Below, piece by piece: positions 28,946 through 37,505 of a stretch of DNA of 64,000 nt; position 1 is the first letter of the stretch, and each line of letters begins with the position of its first letter. The translations under genes and the position numbers were made by a program. The notes below the pieces were generated by a model that ran no database searches, was not told the DNA's origin, and saw only the letters and a list, made by a program, of their open reading frames with translations. The stretch comes from Elusimicrobiota bacterium (GTDB lineage Bacteria > Elusimicrobiota > Elusimicrobia > UBA1565 > UBA9628), in contig DAHVNA010000001.1 in NCBI GenBank assembly GCA_027319565.1, forward strand, positions 43,526 through 107,525, in the 5' to 3' direction.

Positions 28946-29158
28946 TCAAAGTCGCTCGCAATTCGCGTATTTGATGCCCATCCTGTACGCTTTGTCTGCC
29001 GTTAAACGCTTTCCTTTCGACAGAATCGCGATCGTAGTAGAGACGATGCTCATCGCTCTTGAAACGGATTCGTCCGTGCCGCGTTCATCCAGTTTTGCCA
29101 GAGCGGACATCAACACGCTTTCCAATTCCATCGCATTGATTTTTCTCAGTTTTTTCAT
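28946..29158 (-). CDS. Small hypothetical protein, first gene of the island
   Basis: 70-aa ORF with a strong GGAGG RBS. Confidence 0.5.
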   Translation of the reverse strand: MKKLRKINAMELESVLMSALAKLDERGTDESVSRAMSIVSTTIAILSKGKRLTADKAYRMGIKYANCERL

Positions 29159-29246
29159 TTACCCGCCTCCTTCCTCATCCTTATTACGGGTTAGGGGGCA
29201 TATTTGTTCCCCGAACGTTTAGGTTTCGCGGCTTTGTTAGGAAAAA

Positions 29247-29471
29247 TTACCCAAGCAGGGCGACGAGCTTGCTGGGGGAACTCGCGCCGCGGACGATTTT
29301 AAGGCGCTTGGCTTTAACGCCGAGATGCTGGGCGAGAAGGGAGAGAACCGCGGCGTTGGCGCGGCCGTTTTCAGGTTTAGCCTTCACATCGATGGCGAAA
29401 GAATGCGGGGCCGTTGAAATTATGAAATTGCGGCGGGCTTCGGCGCGGACTTTAACCTTAAAGAGAGTCAT
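29247..29471 (-). CDS. DUF167/YggU (UPF0235) protein
   Basis: VKAKPENGRANAAV...IVRGASSPSK; overlaps the last ehr gene (ATGA). Confidence 0.85.
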   Translation of the reverse strand: MTLFKVKVRAEARRNFIISTAPHSFAIDVKAKPENGRANAAVLSLLAQHLGVKAKRLKIVRGASSPSKLVALLG

Positions 29472-30400
29472 GAGTTAATTGACCCCTCACCCTTGCCCTC
29501 TGCCTTCACTCGCGAAGCGAGAGCGTGCCGGAGCATCTTTGGGAAAGACGTTATGCTCCGGCCTCCCGCAAGGGGAGAGGGAGAAATAATGGTTTCTATT
29601 TTTTCTTCCAGTCGCCCGAGAAGCCTTAAAAGCCCGTCCAGGATTGTGAGGGGGTGGGGCGGGCATCCCGGAATGAAGAGATCCACTGGAACAAGCGCGG
29701 CCGCTCCTCCCAGATGCTCTTTAGAATCCATAAACGGCCCGCCGCTGATCGCGCAGGCGCCGATGGCGATGACGATTTTGGGCGCCGGAACCGCTTGATA
29801 GGCCAATTGAAGGGCCTCTTTCATATGATTGGTGACGGGCCCCGTGATGATAAGGCCGTCGGCGTGCCGGGGAGAAGCGACAAATTGAATGCCAAAGCGG
29901 CCCAAATCAAAGACGACATTGTTTAAGGCCGTTAATTCCGCCTCGCAGGCGCTGCAGCCCCCGGCGCTGACCTGCCTTAGTTTAAGGGAACGCCCAAAAA
30001 GGCGGCGCATTTCTTCTTTTAATGACGTGGCTAATTTCGCCTCTTGAGACTGGATGAGTAGATCTTCCCTTTGATTGGCGGCCAAGCGGTGATTGCAGGT
30101 AAAGACGATCGCGCCCTCCGGGCAACTTTTCGCGCACTCCCCGCAAAAAAGGCAGCGGCCCATATCCAAGGACAGGGTTTTTTTCTCGGGGTTATGTCCT
30201 TCTTGAAGGGCCTGGGTCGGGCATACGCTCAAACAATCGGCGCAGCCCGAGGCGCATAAATCTTGGTTGACTTCGGGGCGTCCGCGAAAACGTTCCGGAA
30301 ACTCCGGGTTTTCCTTTGGAAAATTCGAGGTTCGGTATCCCTGTTTGAAGCGGTTTTTGATGATTTCAATCATAGCGGTCTCATAAATCATGTCCGGCAT
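29468..30400 (-). CDS. Ehr/Hyf small subunit: 2[4Fe-4S] ferredoxin fused to NuoB-like domain (true start probably ~30373)
   Basis: CxxxCxxCxxxCP, CLFCGECAKSCP, AGGCSACEAE, SPRHAD, GACA, PGCPP. Confidence 0.88.
   Translation of the reverse strand: MPDMIYETAMIEIIKNRFKQGYRTSNFPKENPEFPERFRGRPEVNQDLCASGCADCLSVCPTQALQEGHNPEKKTLSLDMGRCLFCGECAKSCPEGAIVFTCNHRLAANQREDLLIQSQEAKLATSLKEEMRRLFGRSLKLRQVSAGGCSACEAELTALNNVVFDLGRFGIQFVASPRHADGLIITGPVTNHMKEALQLAYQAVPAPKIVIAIGACAISGGPFMDSKEHLGGAAALVPVDLFIPGCPPHPLTILDGLLRLLGRLEEKIETIISPSPLAGGRSITSFPKMLRHALASRVKAEGKGEGSINS
29483..29585. repeat. REP-like unit interrupted by a 63-bp hairpin insert, inside a CDS tail
   Basis: CCCCTCACCCTTGCCCTC + [63 bp] + TCCCGCAAGGGGAGAGGGAGAA, the reverse complement of the unit at 24638. 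Confidence 0.7.
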
Positions 30401-31850
30401 AGGAGAGATTAAAACTCTTATTGCACAGGGGAAAATCGGAGATTTCTCCTTGTCTGACCGAGAGCGCCACCGCCATCCAATTATGAAAAGAAGGATCGAT
30501 GATCTTATACCCGCTTAGTTTTCCCTCTGAGTCGCTGATCGCGATATGGCACACTTCTCCTCTCCAGCCTTCGATCAGCGAGACAGACAAACGCTCTTCC
30601 AAAAATTTTCCGCCGGGAACCGCCAAATCTCCCTCCGGCAAGGAATCTAAAACCGCGCTTAGAAAATCAAGAGACCTTTGGGATTCTAAAAATCGAATCA
30701 TCGCCCGCGCAAAGACGTCTCCTGTTGTCAATTTAACGGTCGGAATGTAGCGAAAGCGAAAAAGCCCGTGTGGGTGATCTTGCCGAACATCGATGTCTTT
30801 TCCGCTGGCCCGGGCCGCGAGTCCGACCAAGCCCAGATCGGCGCAAACTTTTTGCGAGATAACTCCCGTTTCTTCCAGGCGCGAAATGACCGAGGGCTCG
30901 CCAAAAAACATCTCTCCAATTTCCTTAAGATGCCGCTTGGCGCGCCCAAGGGTTTCAAGCGTTTGAGAGCGCATTTGGGGCGGGATGTCAAAAGCCGCTC
31001 CGCCCAATTTGAGAAATCCCTTGCCGTAGCGATTTCCGGAAATCAGCATCAAGATATTGAGAAAGTCTCCGCGAAGACGCCCGAAATAGGCGGAGGCGGG
31101 CAAATATCCGATGTCATTGCTGATGGCGCCAAGGTCTCCGATATGATTGGCCAATCTCTCGGTTTCAAGAAGAATCGCCCTTAAGGCCTCCGCTTTTAAG
31201 GAGGGGTTCATTCTTTGAAGGGCTTCCAAGGCTCGGCAATGCGCCCAGCCGTGGGCGATGGCAGAATCTCCGCAAATAGATTCCGCGATTGACAAGGAAA
31301 AGCGAGTGGAGTCGCGCAAAAGTTTCTCCGCCCCGCGATATTGGTATCCCAGTTGTATTTCCAGATGGTGAATCGTTTCTCCGTGGCACTGAAACCGGAA
31401 ATGGCCGGGTTCGATGATGCCAGCGTGAATGGGGCCGACGGCGACTTCATGGATTTCTTCGCCTTCCTCTTTAAAGAAAACGGTTTCATCGGCGGGTTTT
31501 TGGCGCACGGGCTTTAGCCAGGGATGTTCCTCGGGAGTGATCCCCGAATTTTCATAGATCTCGCGCTCAAAGAGATGGGCTTGGGGCAGATCAAGAGTCA
31601 GAGCCTGATAAGATGAAACCGGCTCTGAAGAGTTTAGGTATAATTTTCCCGCCGCGTCGTCGGCCAAGACGCTCAAAAGTCCGGCGGGCTTTTTTCCGTT
31701 TCCATTTAAAATCAGCGCGCAAAGCCTTTTTCCGGATGAAGCCATTTTGAGAATATCGGATCTGAAATCCGAAATAGGGACTTCGGGAATCTGGGAAACT
31801 TTGAGAGATTCTCCGTTGCGAATTAAGGCGAAACGAGAAAGAGAGCTCAT
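30381..31850 (-). CDS. Ehr large subunit (HyfG/NuoCD-like) lacking NiFe motifs
   Basis: VGPIHAGIIEPGHFRF; ESICGDSAIAH and DFPLCNKSFNLSYAGHDL in place of the two CxxC motifs. Confidence 0.9.
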   Translation of the reverse strand: MSSLSRFALIRNGESLKVSQIPEVPISDFRSDILKMASSGKRLCALILNGNGKKPAGLLSVLADDAAGKLYLNSSEPVSSYQALTLDLPQAHLFEREIYENSGITPEEHPWLKPVRQKPADETVFFKEEGEEIHEVAVGPIHAGIIEPGHFRFQCHGETIHHLEIQLGYQYRGAEKLLRDSTRFSLSIAESICGDSAIAHGWAHCRALEALQRMNPSLKAEALRAILLETERLANHIGDLGAISNDIGYLPASAYFGRLRGDFLNILMLISGNRYGKGFLKLGGAAFDIPPQMRSQTLETLGRAKRHLKEIGEMFFGEPSVISRLEETGVISQKVCADLGLVGLAARASGKDIDVRQDHPHGLFRFRYIPTVKLTTGDVFARAMIRFLESQRSLDFLSAVLDSLPEGDLAVPGGKFLEERLSVSLIEGWRGEVCHIAISDSEGKLSGYKIIDPSFHNWMAVALSVRQGEISDFPLCNKSFNLSYAGHDL

Positions 31851-33286
31851 AAAACTCCGTTGAGCGCGTTGGCCGATCGCTTTAACGCGTGAGTCAGCCA
31901 ATGCGGCAGCCATAAACCCAGAAAAAGAACCGCCGACATTAAAATGATGGGCGGCAAAACCATGAAGGGGGAGTCTCCTTGGGCGGCCTTGTCCGATTTT
32001 TCTTGAGGCGTTCCATAAACGACCGATAAAACCGTCGTCGCCATGCCGATAAAAACCGCGGCCAGAAAAATGACAAAGCCAAAAGCCGCCCCAAAATGCC
32101 CGCTATCCAGCGCGGAGCGCAAAATTCCAAATTCGCTGACAAAAGAGGCGAAGGGCGGGGAACCCGTAATCGCGATAAATCCCAACAAGAAAAGAGCCGC
32201 CGAGATGGGCACGCGGCCTAAGGCCCCGCGGGCGTGATCCATGGTTTTTCCGCCAAAGGCGCGGTGGATATTTCCCGCCGATAGAAAGAGGGCTCCCTTG
32301 GTCAGTCCGTTGTTGATAAGATGCAACAGCGCGAAAAAAGTTCCCATGGGGCCCAGCCCCACGCCCAAGACGAGAATTCCCATATTCTCGACGCTCGAAT
32401 AGGCGAGCATCCTTTTAAAGTCGCGTTGCCCGATCACGAATACGGCGGCCGTCGCCATGGACAAAAGGCCGATTAGGATTAAAAGTCCCTGGGCAAATTC
32501 CAGAAGTCCGGCGGACGAGCAGATTTGAAATATCCGAAGGATTCCTAAAAAGGGGCAACTGGTCATGACTCCCGCCAAAACTCCTCCGGCGACTCCCGGT
32601 GCCTCGCCGTAAGCGTCGGGCTTCCAGGAGTGAAGCGGGGAAAGCCCCATTTTGGTTCCGTAGCCGACTAGTAGAAAGATAAACGCGCCCTTAAGCCAGG
32701 GAAGAGACAAGATGCGCGCGTGGAGAATCAAAGAATCAATGACGAGAGGATCAGATTTAACGGCGTTAGCGGGCGTGGCTAAAGCCAGAAAAAAAGTTCC
32801 CAGTAGCGCAAGCCCGATGCCGAGAGAACCCATCATCAAATATTTCCACGTAGCCTCTAAAGATCTCTGATTATGGTTAAAGTAAATCAGGGGAGCCGAG
32901 GCCAGTGTCAGCGCTTCCATTCCGACCCACAAAAGCCCCATCTGCCGACTGACGCAGACAAGGCTTGCGGCGGATAAAATAAAAGCGAGAGAAGCCGTAA
33001 AAAGGCGATTGGGGCGCTCTTTTCTTAAGCGCAGATACTCAAGGCAGTAAATCGAAAAAACCAAAAGCATCGCGCTGGACAAACTCAAAACGATGAGCCC
33101 CGCTTCATCCAAGCCAAACCAGCCCAAGGGGGAAGGCGTTGGAATCGTCTTCCAGCAGGCGATGACCAAGGACAGGTGAATTGAAAATCCCAACGGCAAA
33201 ATCCAAGGGCGCCAATCGTCGTTTTTGACGAGAAGAGACGAAAGACCCATCAAGGCGGGGATTCCCACTAAGCAAAGATAAATCAT
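31847..33286 (-). CDS. hyfF: HyfF-like antiporter-type membrane subunit
   Basis: LEATWKY, GYGTKMGLSPLHSWKPDAYGEAP, KRMLAYSSVENMG. Confidence 0.85.
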   Translation of the reverse strand: MIYLCLVGIPALMGLSSLLVKNDDWRPWILPLGFSIHLSLVIACWKTIPTPSPLGWFGLDEAGLIVLSLSSAMLLVFSIYCLEYLRLRKERPNRLFTASLAFILSAASLVCVSRQMGLLWVGMEALTLASAPLIYFNHNQRSLEATWKYLMMGSLGIGLALLGTFFLALATPANAVKSDPLVIDSLILHARILSLPWLKGAFIFLLVGYGTKMGLSPLHSWKPDAYGEAPGVAGGVLAGVMTSCPFLGILRIFQICSSAGLLEFAQGLLILIGLLSMATAAVFVIGQRDFKRMLAYSSVENMGILVLGVGLGPMGTFFALLHLINNGLTKGALFLSAGNIHRAFGGKTMDHARGALGRVPISAALFLLGFIAITGSPPFASFVSEFGILRSALDSGHFGAAFGFVIFLAAVFIGMATTVLSVVYGTPQEKSDKAAQGDSPFMVLPPIILMSAVLFLGLWLPHWLTHALKRSANALNGVL

Positions 33287-33302
33287 GATATTTTCGAGTT
33301 TC

Positions 33303-33947
33303 TTAATCTCCCAAATTCGTCAAATTTTCCGTGTTAATCGAATCAAAGGCGCGGGCGATATGGTTGATGACAATCCCCATGACAAAGACGGCGACAAAAA
33401 CGTCTAAAAGGACCCCCATCTCGATGAGCCAGGGCGCTTGATAAGAAATAGCCAGGCCGAAAAGGTAGATTCCGTTTTCAAACATCAAGTATCCAATGAC
33501 CTGGGTCACCGCCTTGACGCGGACGATCATCATCAGCATTCCCATCATCAAGACCGACAAGGAAACCGGAACCAAAAGGCTGGTCCTGATATTGTCCGGA
33601 AGCGGCAGGCGAGCGGCGAGAAGAAAAGAAATGCCAATCAGAAAAGCGCCGATAAGAAGAGAAGAGTTATACCCAATCAACGGCTCCATTTCCCTGCGGA
33701 TTTTGACCTCGCGAATGGCGTAGGATAAAACGCGCGGAATCAAGAAGCCCTTGAGGATAAACATGCCGGAGGCGATCAAAAGAATCTGTATTCCAAAGCC
33801 TTGCCTGTCGATGAGCAAGGGCAAAATCCCCAGACACATTCCCTGAAGCGCGATGATTCTGATGCAGCCGATCAGCGAAGAATTTCCCAGAGCGTAAAAA
33901 CTAAAAAGAGCGATCAAAACCAGGAGGATTTGAGAGAACGCTTGCAT
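33303..33947 (-). CDS. hyfE: HyfE-like membrane subunit
   Basis: QVIGYLMFENG, EMGVLLDV; operon position. Confidence 0.85.
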   Translation of the reverse strand: MQAFSQILLVLIALFSFYALGNSSLIGCIRIIALQGMCLGILPLLIDRQGFGIQILLIASGMFILKGFLIPRVLSYAIREVKIRREMEPLIGYNSSLLIGAFLIGISFLLAARLPLPDNIRTSLLVPVSLSVLMMGMLMMIVRVKAVTQVIGYLMFENGIYLFGLAISYQAPWLIEMGVLLDVFVAVFVMGIVINHIARAFDSINTENLTNLGD

Positions 33948-33948
33948 A

Positions 33949-34842
33949 TTATCTCGCCGCCAAAATAAGCCCAAAGGCCGCAAGACAAACGGCGGCAATC
34001 AGAAGCTGCGGCACGCGAATGAGGCGCAAGCGGGCCATGCTCGATTCGATGACTCCGATAAAAATAGCCAAGCCGCACAAGCTGAGAGTCAAGAAAAATG
34101 CGTTTGAGGCGAGGCGCGGCGACAGGAGTCGAATCCATAAAACGCCCATCAACATGAGTTTGAGCTGGGCTCCATATAAAATAAAGGCGAGATCGGGGCC
34201 GGAGTGATCTAGAACCATCACCTCATGGATCATCGTCAATTCAAGGTGGGTGTTGGGGTCGTCCACCGGAATTCGAGAATTTTCCGCCAAGAGAACGATC
34301 AAAAGCCCGCTTCCGGCCAAAAGAACGCTCGGCGCGGGGAAAGATCTTTGGCCGGGTGAGAACATTTGCTTAAGCGACAGGTTTCCGCAATGAACGGCGA
34401 GGCTCGCGAAAATCAGGATGAGCGCCGGTTCGGCGTAGCTGGAAAAAGCCGCTTCGCGGCTGGCCCCCATGCCCTCAAAGCTCGATCCGGTATCTAAGGC
34501 CGCGAGAATTGTGACAAAGCGTGCGAGCGCGAATAAGTAGATGAATAAAATCGCGTCTCCGTTAAAGGAGATGAGCGGCGCGCCAAATAAAGGGACAAGA
34601 GAGGCCGCCATTAACACCGCGGAAAGAGAGAGGACCGGCCCCAGGCGGAACACCCAGCCGCTGGTCTCGCTATAAACGACTCCTTTCCCGAGAAGTTTGA
34701 TCGTGTCATGGAGCGGTTGAAAAACCGGAGCTCCGCGCCGCCCAGCAACAAAGGCCTTGGTCTTGGCGATGAGCCCCAACATCATAGGCGGCATGAACAG
34801 AATCAAAAACAAAATTTTAGGCGCGAAAATTAAAGTTTCCAT
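33949..34842 (-). CDS. hyfC: HyfC/NuoH-like membrane subunit
   Basis: GRRGAPVFQP, SSFEGMGASRE, ENSRIPVDDPNTHLELTMIHE. Confidence 0.88.
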   Translation of the reverse strand: METLIFAPKILFLILFMPPMMLGLIAKTKAFVAGRRGAPVFQPLHDTIKLLGKGVVYSETSGWVFRLGPVLSLSAVLMAASLVPLFGAPLISFNGDAILFIYLFALARFVTILAALDTGSSFEGMGASREAAFSSYAEPALILIFASLAVHCGNLSLKQMFSPGQRSFPAPSVLLAGSGLLIVLLAENSRIPVDDPNTHLELTMIHEVMVLDHSGPDLAFILYGAQLKLMLMGVLWIRLLSPRLASNAFFLTLSLCGLAIFIGVIESSMARLRLIRVPQLLIAAVCLAAFGLILAAR

Positions 34843-36629
34843 ATTAAAATTGCGATGAGAAAGGCCGCGGCGTAAAGGAGATAAAACTGAAGTTTTCCGC
34901 GTTGAATTTTCTTGGGCCAGGCGATCAGACCCTCAAACGGACTTAACAGCTTGGGAAGCCAGGTCTCAAGAGCGGGATCGGGAACTCTGGAGTGGAAAGA
35001 AGACGATTTCGGCCAATAGCCATTGGGCGCGCGCGATTCTTTTTGTATCAGAAAACCGTCAAAGGTTCTTGTCGCCGGCATGGAATAAGAGGAACCCGTA
35101 TATTGCATGCGCGGAGTTGGAGAGGTAAAACCGCAGGCCCAGGTCGCTCCGGCTTCGGTCGGGCGTTTTTTGAGGGAGGTTTTCTTGATGGCCCAGAAAA
35201 TGGCGATTAGAATCCACAGCAGCGCGCCCATAAGCCCGACTAAGTCCAACAAGGCCGACCATTTTTGAAGATCGGCGGAAAAGAGTAAGGGCGTTGGATG
35301 AGAAATGTTGGAGGCCGCGAAAAAAGCCGCTTTGAGCGCCCAACCCGGGAATAGCCCGATCAATAAGCAAAGAGCCGCCAAAATTCCCATGGGGATCAGC
35401 ATGAGAGAGGAGGGCTCTTTCGCTTTTTGGGCGGATTTTGAGTGCGGTTTTCCCAGGAAAATCAGGCCGTAAAATTTTGTAAATGTTATTACTGCAAATC
35501 CCCCAATCAGAGATAACATCGCGGCGGCTAAAGAGAAAAAAATGATTTCGCGCCGATAATCCATCTGAAGAAAACCGCAATAGAGAAGCCACTCTCCGGT
35601 AAACCCGTTTAAGGGGGGAAGGCCGCAAATAGCCAGGCTTCCAACGGCCGTCAAAGCGGCGACGCGGGGCATTATTTTTTGGAGTCCGCCGCAGGATTCG
35701 ATATCTCTTGTTCCAGTGGCCAGGTAGACGGCTCCCGCCGACAAAAACATCAGCGATTTAAAAAAACCGTGGTTTAAAGTGTGGAGAATCGCGGCGGAAA
35801 AGCCGAGGAGAGACAAAGAGAAATCGCCGCGGGCAAGCCCGTAACAGCCGAGCCCCGCGGCCGCGAGGATAATTCCGATATTTTCAATGCTGCTGTAGGC
35901 CAACAGCCTTTTAAAATCTCTCTGCATGGCCGCGAAGGCGATTCCAAAAAGCGCCGTGAAAAGCCCCAGGACCATCAAAAAAACCGAGGTCGAAATGGAA
36001 ACGGGGCCTAAAATCGAAAAAAATCTCAACAGGCCGTAGAGACCCATTTCAATCATGATGCCGGACATTGCGGCGGAGGCGTGGCTGGGAGCGGCCGGGT
36101 GAGCTTCTTGAAGCCAAATATGGAGCGGCCAAAATCCCGCCTTCATCCCAAAGCCGATTAGAAACAGCCAGAAGACCGACACCCGCTCGAACATGGAAAG
36201 CGGTTTTGCCGCCAAAAGCGCGCCAAACTCAAATGAACCGGCGTTTTTCCATAAAAAAGCGAAGCCCGTTAAGAGGCAGAGAGAACCCGTGTGCGTGCAC
36301 AATAAATATAATTTTCCGGCCTTGCGGACATCCTCTTTTTGATGTTCTAAGGAGACTAATCCAAAGGCGGATAAAGCCATGATTTCCCAACAGACTAGAA
36401 AAAGAACCGCGTTTCGGGCGCAAACTAGAAAAGCCATCGAGACAATGAGAGCCGCGAAAAAAAATCTCGCGGGGGCTTTCGCGATGTGATTAGAGGACGC
36501 GGAAAGATATCCTTCTCCATAGATTCCGGCGCAAAAACCGACGACTAAGACCAAAAAGAGAAACGCCGCCGACAGAGAGTCGATTCCGAGATGAAACACG
36601 GCGCCGGGAAGAGACCAAGGATAAATCAT
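34830..36629 (-). CDS. hyfB: HyfB-like antiporter-type membrane subunit
   Basis: WEIM, KAGFWPLHIWLQEAHPAAPS, KRLLAYSSIENIG, GLPPLNGF. Confidence 0.87.
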   Translation of the reverse strand: MIYPWSLPGAVFHLGIDSLSAAFLFLVLVVGFCAGIYGEGYLSASSNHIAKAPARFFFAALIVSMAFLVCARNAVLFLVCWEIMALSAFGLVSLEHQKEDVRKAGKLYLLCTHTGSLCLLTGFAFLWKNAGSFEFGALLAAKPLSMFERVSVFWLFLIGFGMKAGFWPLHIWLQEAHPAAPSHASAAMSGIMIEMGLYGLLRFFSILGPVSISTSVFLMVLGLFTALFGIAFAAMQRDFKRLLAYSSIENIGIILAAAGLGCYGLARGDFSLSLLGFSAAILHTLNHGFFKSLMFLSAGAVYLATGTRDIESCGGLQKIMPRVAALTAVGSLAICGLPPLNGFTGEWLLYCGFLQMDYRREIIFFSLAAAMLSLIGGFAVITFTKFYGLIFLGKPHSKSAQKAKEPSSLMLIPMGILAALCLLIGLFPGWALKAAFFAASNISHPTPLLFSADLQKWSALLDLVGLMGALLWILIAIFWAIKKTSLKKRPTEAGATWACGFTSPTPRMQYTGSSYSMPATRTFDGFLIQKESRAPNGYWPKSSSFHSRVPDPALETWLPKLLSPFEGLIAWPKKIQRGKLQFYLLYAAAFLIAILIWKL

Positions 36630-37291
36630 GGGCGCGGGTTAAAACTCCTTAGGATCAGAAGAATTTCCTCGGCGCTTGAGCGTCGGTCAAGCCTCTTGAG
36701 AAAATCAGGACGATGAAGGGCCTGCGCGATTTGAGAAAGAATCAAGAGATGAGCGCGGATAGTCGGGCTGAGCAAGACAAAAACGACTTTAGATAGAATC
36801 AATTCGCCGCCGGGGCTCTTTTTAAACGGAATCATCTCTTTTAAAAAACAGAGAGTTAAAACGGGTTTTTCGATTCCAAAAATAAGCGGGCTGCGCGCGT
36901 GCGGGAGAGCGATTCCATTGAGGACGGTCATCTGCTTGTTTTGTTCCAGGAGAACCTTAAGCGCCAGGGCCCGGTCTTGGGAATTGGACAAGGGCAGAAG
37001 CTCGCAAATATGGGTCAAGACCGCCTTTGAGTCCTCGCCCGCGATGTCGTAATGGATATTTCCCTCTAAAAGGGAATCTAACGAGCCAGCGAAGGTCTCT
37101 TCCCCCGGAATTGAGTAAAGAGTCTTCGCCGGAATGTTGTGATGATTGGCCCACTCCAACAAATCCACCCGATTAATTCGGTATCGGCCGTTGATCATGA
37201 TCGCCGGCAGGCGACGGTCTTTGATAAAACGCGAAATTTCCGATTCGGGAATATCGAGAATTTTCGCGGCTTCTCCCAAACTTAAATCCAT
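36626..37291 (-). CDS. Excisionase-like HTH fused to PTS EIIA (PtsN-like) domain
   Basis: LSLGEAAKILD...LPAIMINGRYRI HTH; GIALPHAR phospho-His motif; HLLILSQIA. Confidence 0.82.
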   Translation of the reverse strand: MDLSLGEAAKILDIPESEISRFIKDRRLPAIMINGRYRINRVDLLEWANHHNIPAKTLYSIPGEETFAGSLDSLLEGNIHYDIAGEDSKAVLTHICELLPLSNSQDRALALKVLLEQNKQMTVLNGIALPHARSPLIFGIEKPVLTLCFLKEMIPFKKSPGGELILSKVVFVLLSPTIRAHLLILSQIAQALHRPDFLKRLDRRSSAEEILLILRSFNPRP

Positions 37292-37396
37292 CGGGCTTCA
37301 GCGTTGGAAGCGGGTGTAAAACCAGGAGACCAAAAATTGATCGGCTTTAGGGCTGACTTTTCCAAGACCTTTTTTCATCGCAGGGTGACAATTTTT

Positions 37397-37452
37397 ATTT
37401 TAACATTAATTGTTTTTAGAATCAATGCATATATGGTGATTTATTCATATAT
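37397..37452 (-). promoter_or_regulatory. ehr operon promoter plus perfect ATATATG-N10-CATATAT palindrome
   Basis: Minus strand TTGATT(37425-37420)-17-TAAAAT(37402-37397) with extended TG; palindrome at 37429-37452. Confidence 0.6.
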
Positions 37453-37505
37453 AGTCGAAATACGCGCCTCTAAGCGCTAACTGCTAGGCCGCGGCCAGGA
37501 TCACG

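Larger units (their letters stand above)
24764..29297. mobile_element. Defence genomic island integrated in the DUF167 gene; no integrase visible
   Basis: Flanking 51-bp diverged direct repeats; cargo is RM, Vsr, DUF262 and HEPN genes; left half visibly AT-richer than the flanks. Confidence 0.75.

Noticed and set aside
30381..31850. Functional [NiFe] hydrogenase / formate hydrogenlyase
   Set aside because: Both Ni-binding CxxC motifs are missing, and there are no maturation or fdh genes in the window.
36626..37291. Excisionase serving the defence island
   Set aside because: The HTH is fused to EIIA, coupled to hyfB and lies 7 kb outside the repeats; a regulatory role is more likely.
37298..37378. 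26-codon upstream ORF before the HTH-EIIA gene (MKKGLGKV...RFQR)
   Set aside because: No RBS, no recognisable leader-peptide bias or attenuator; may be chance.
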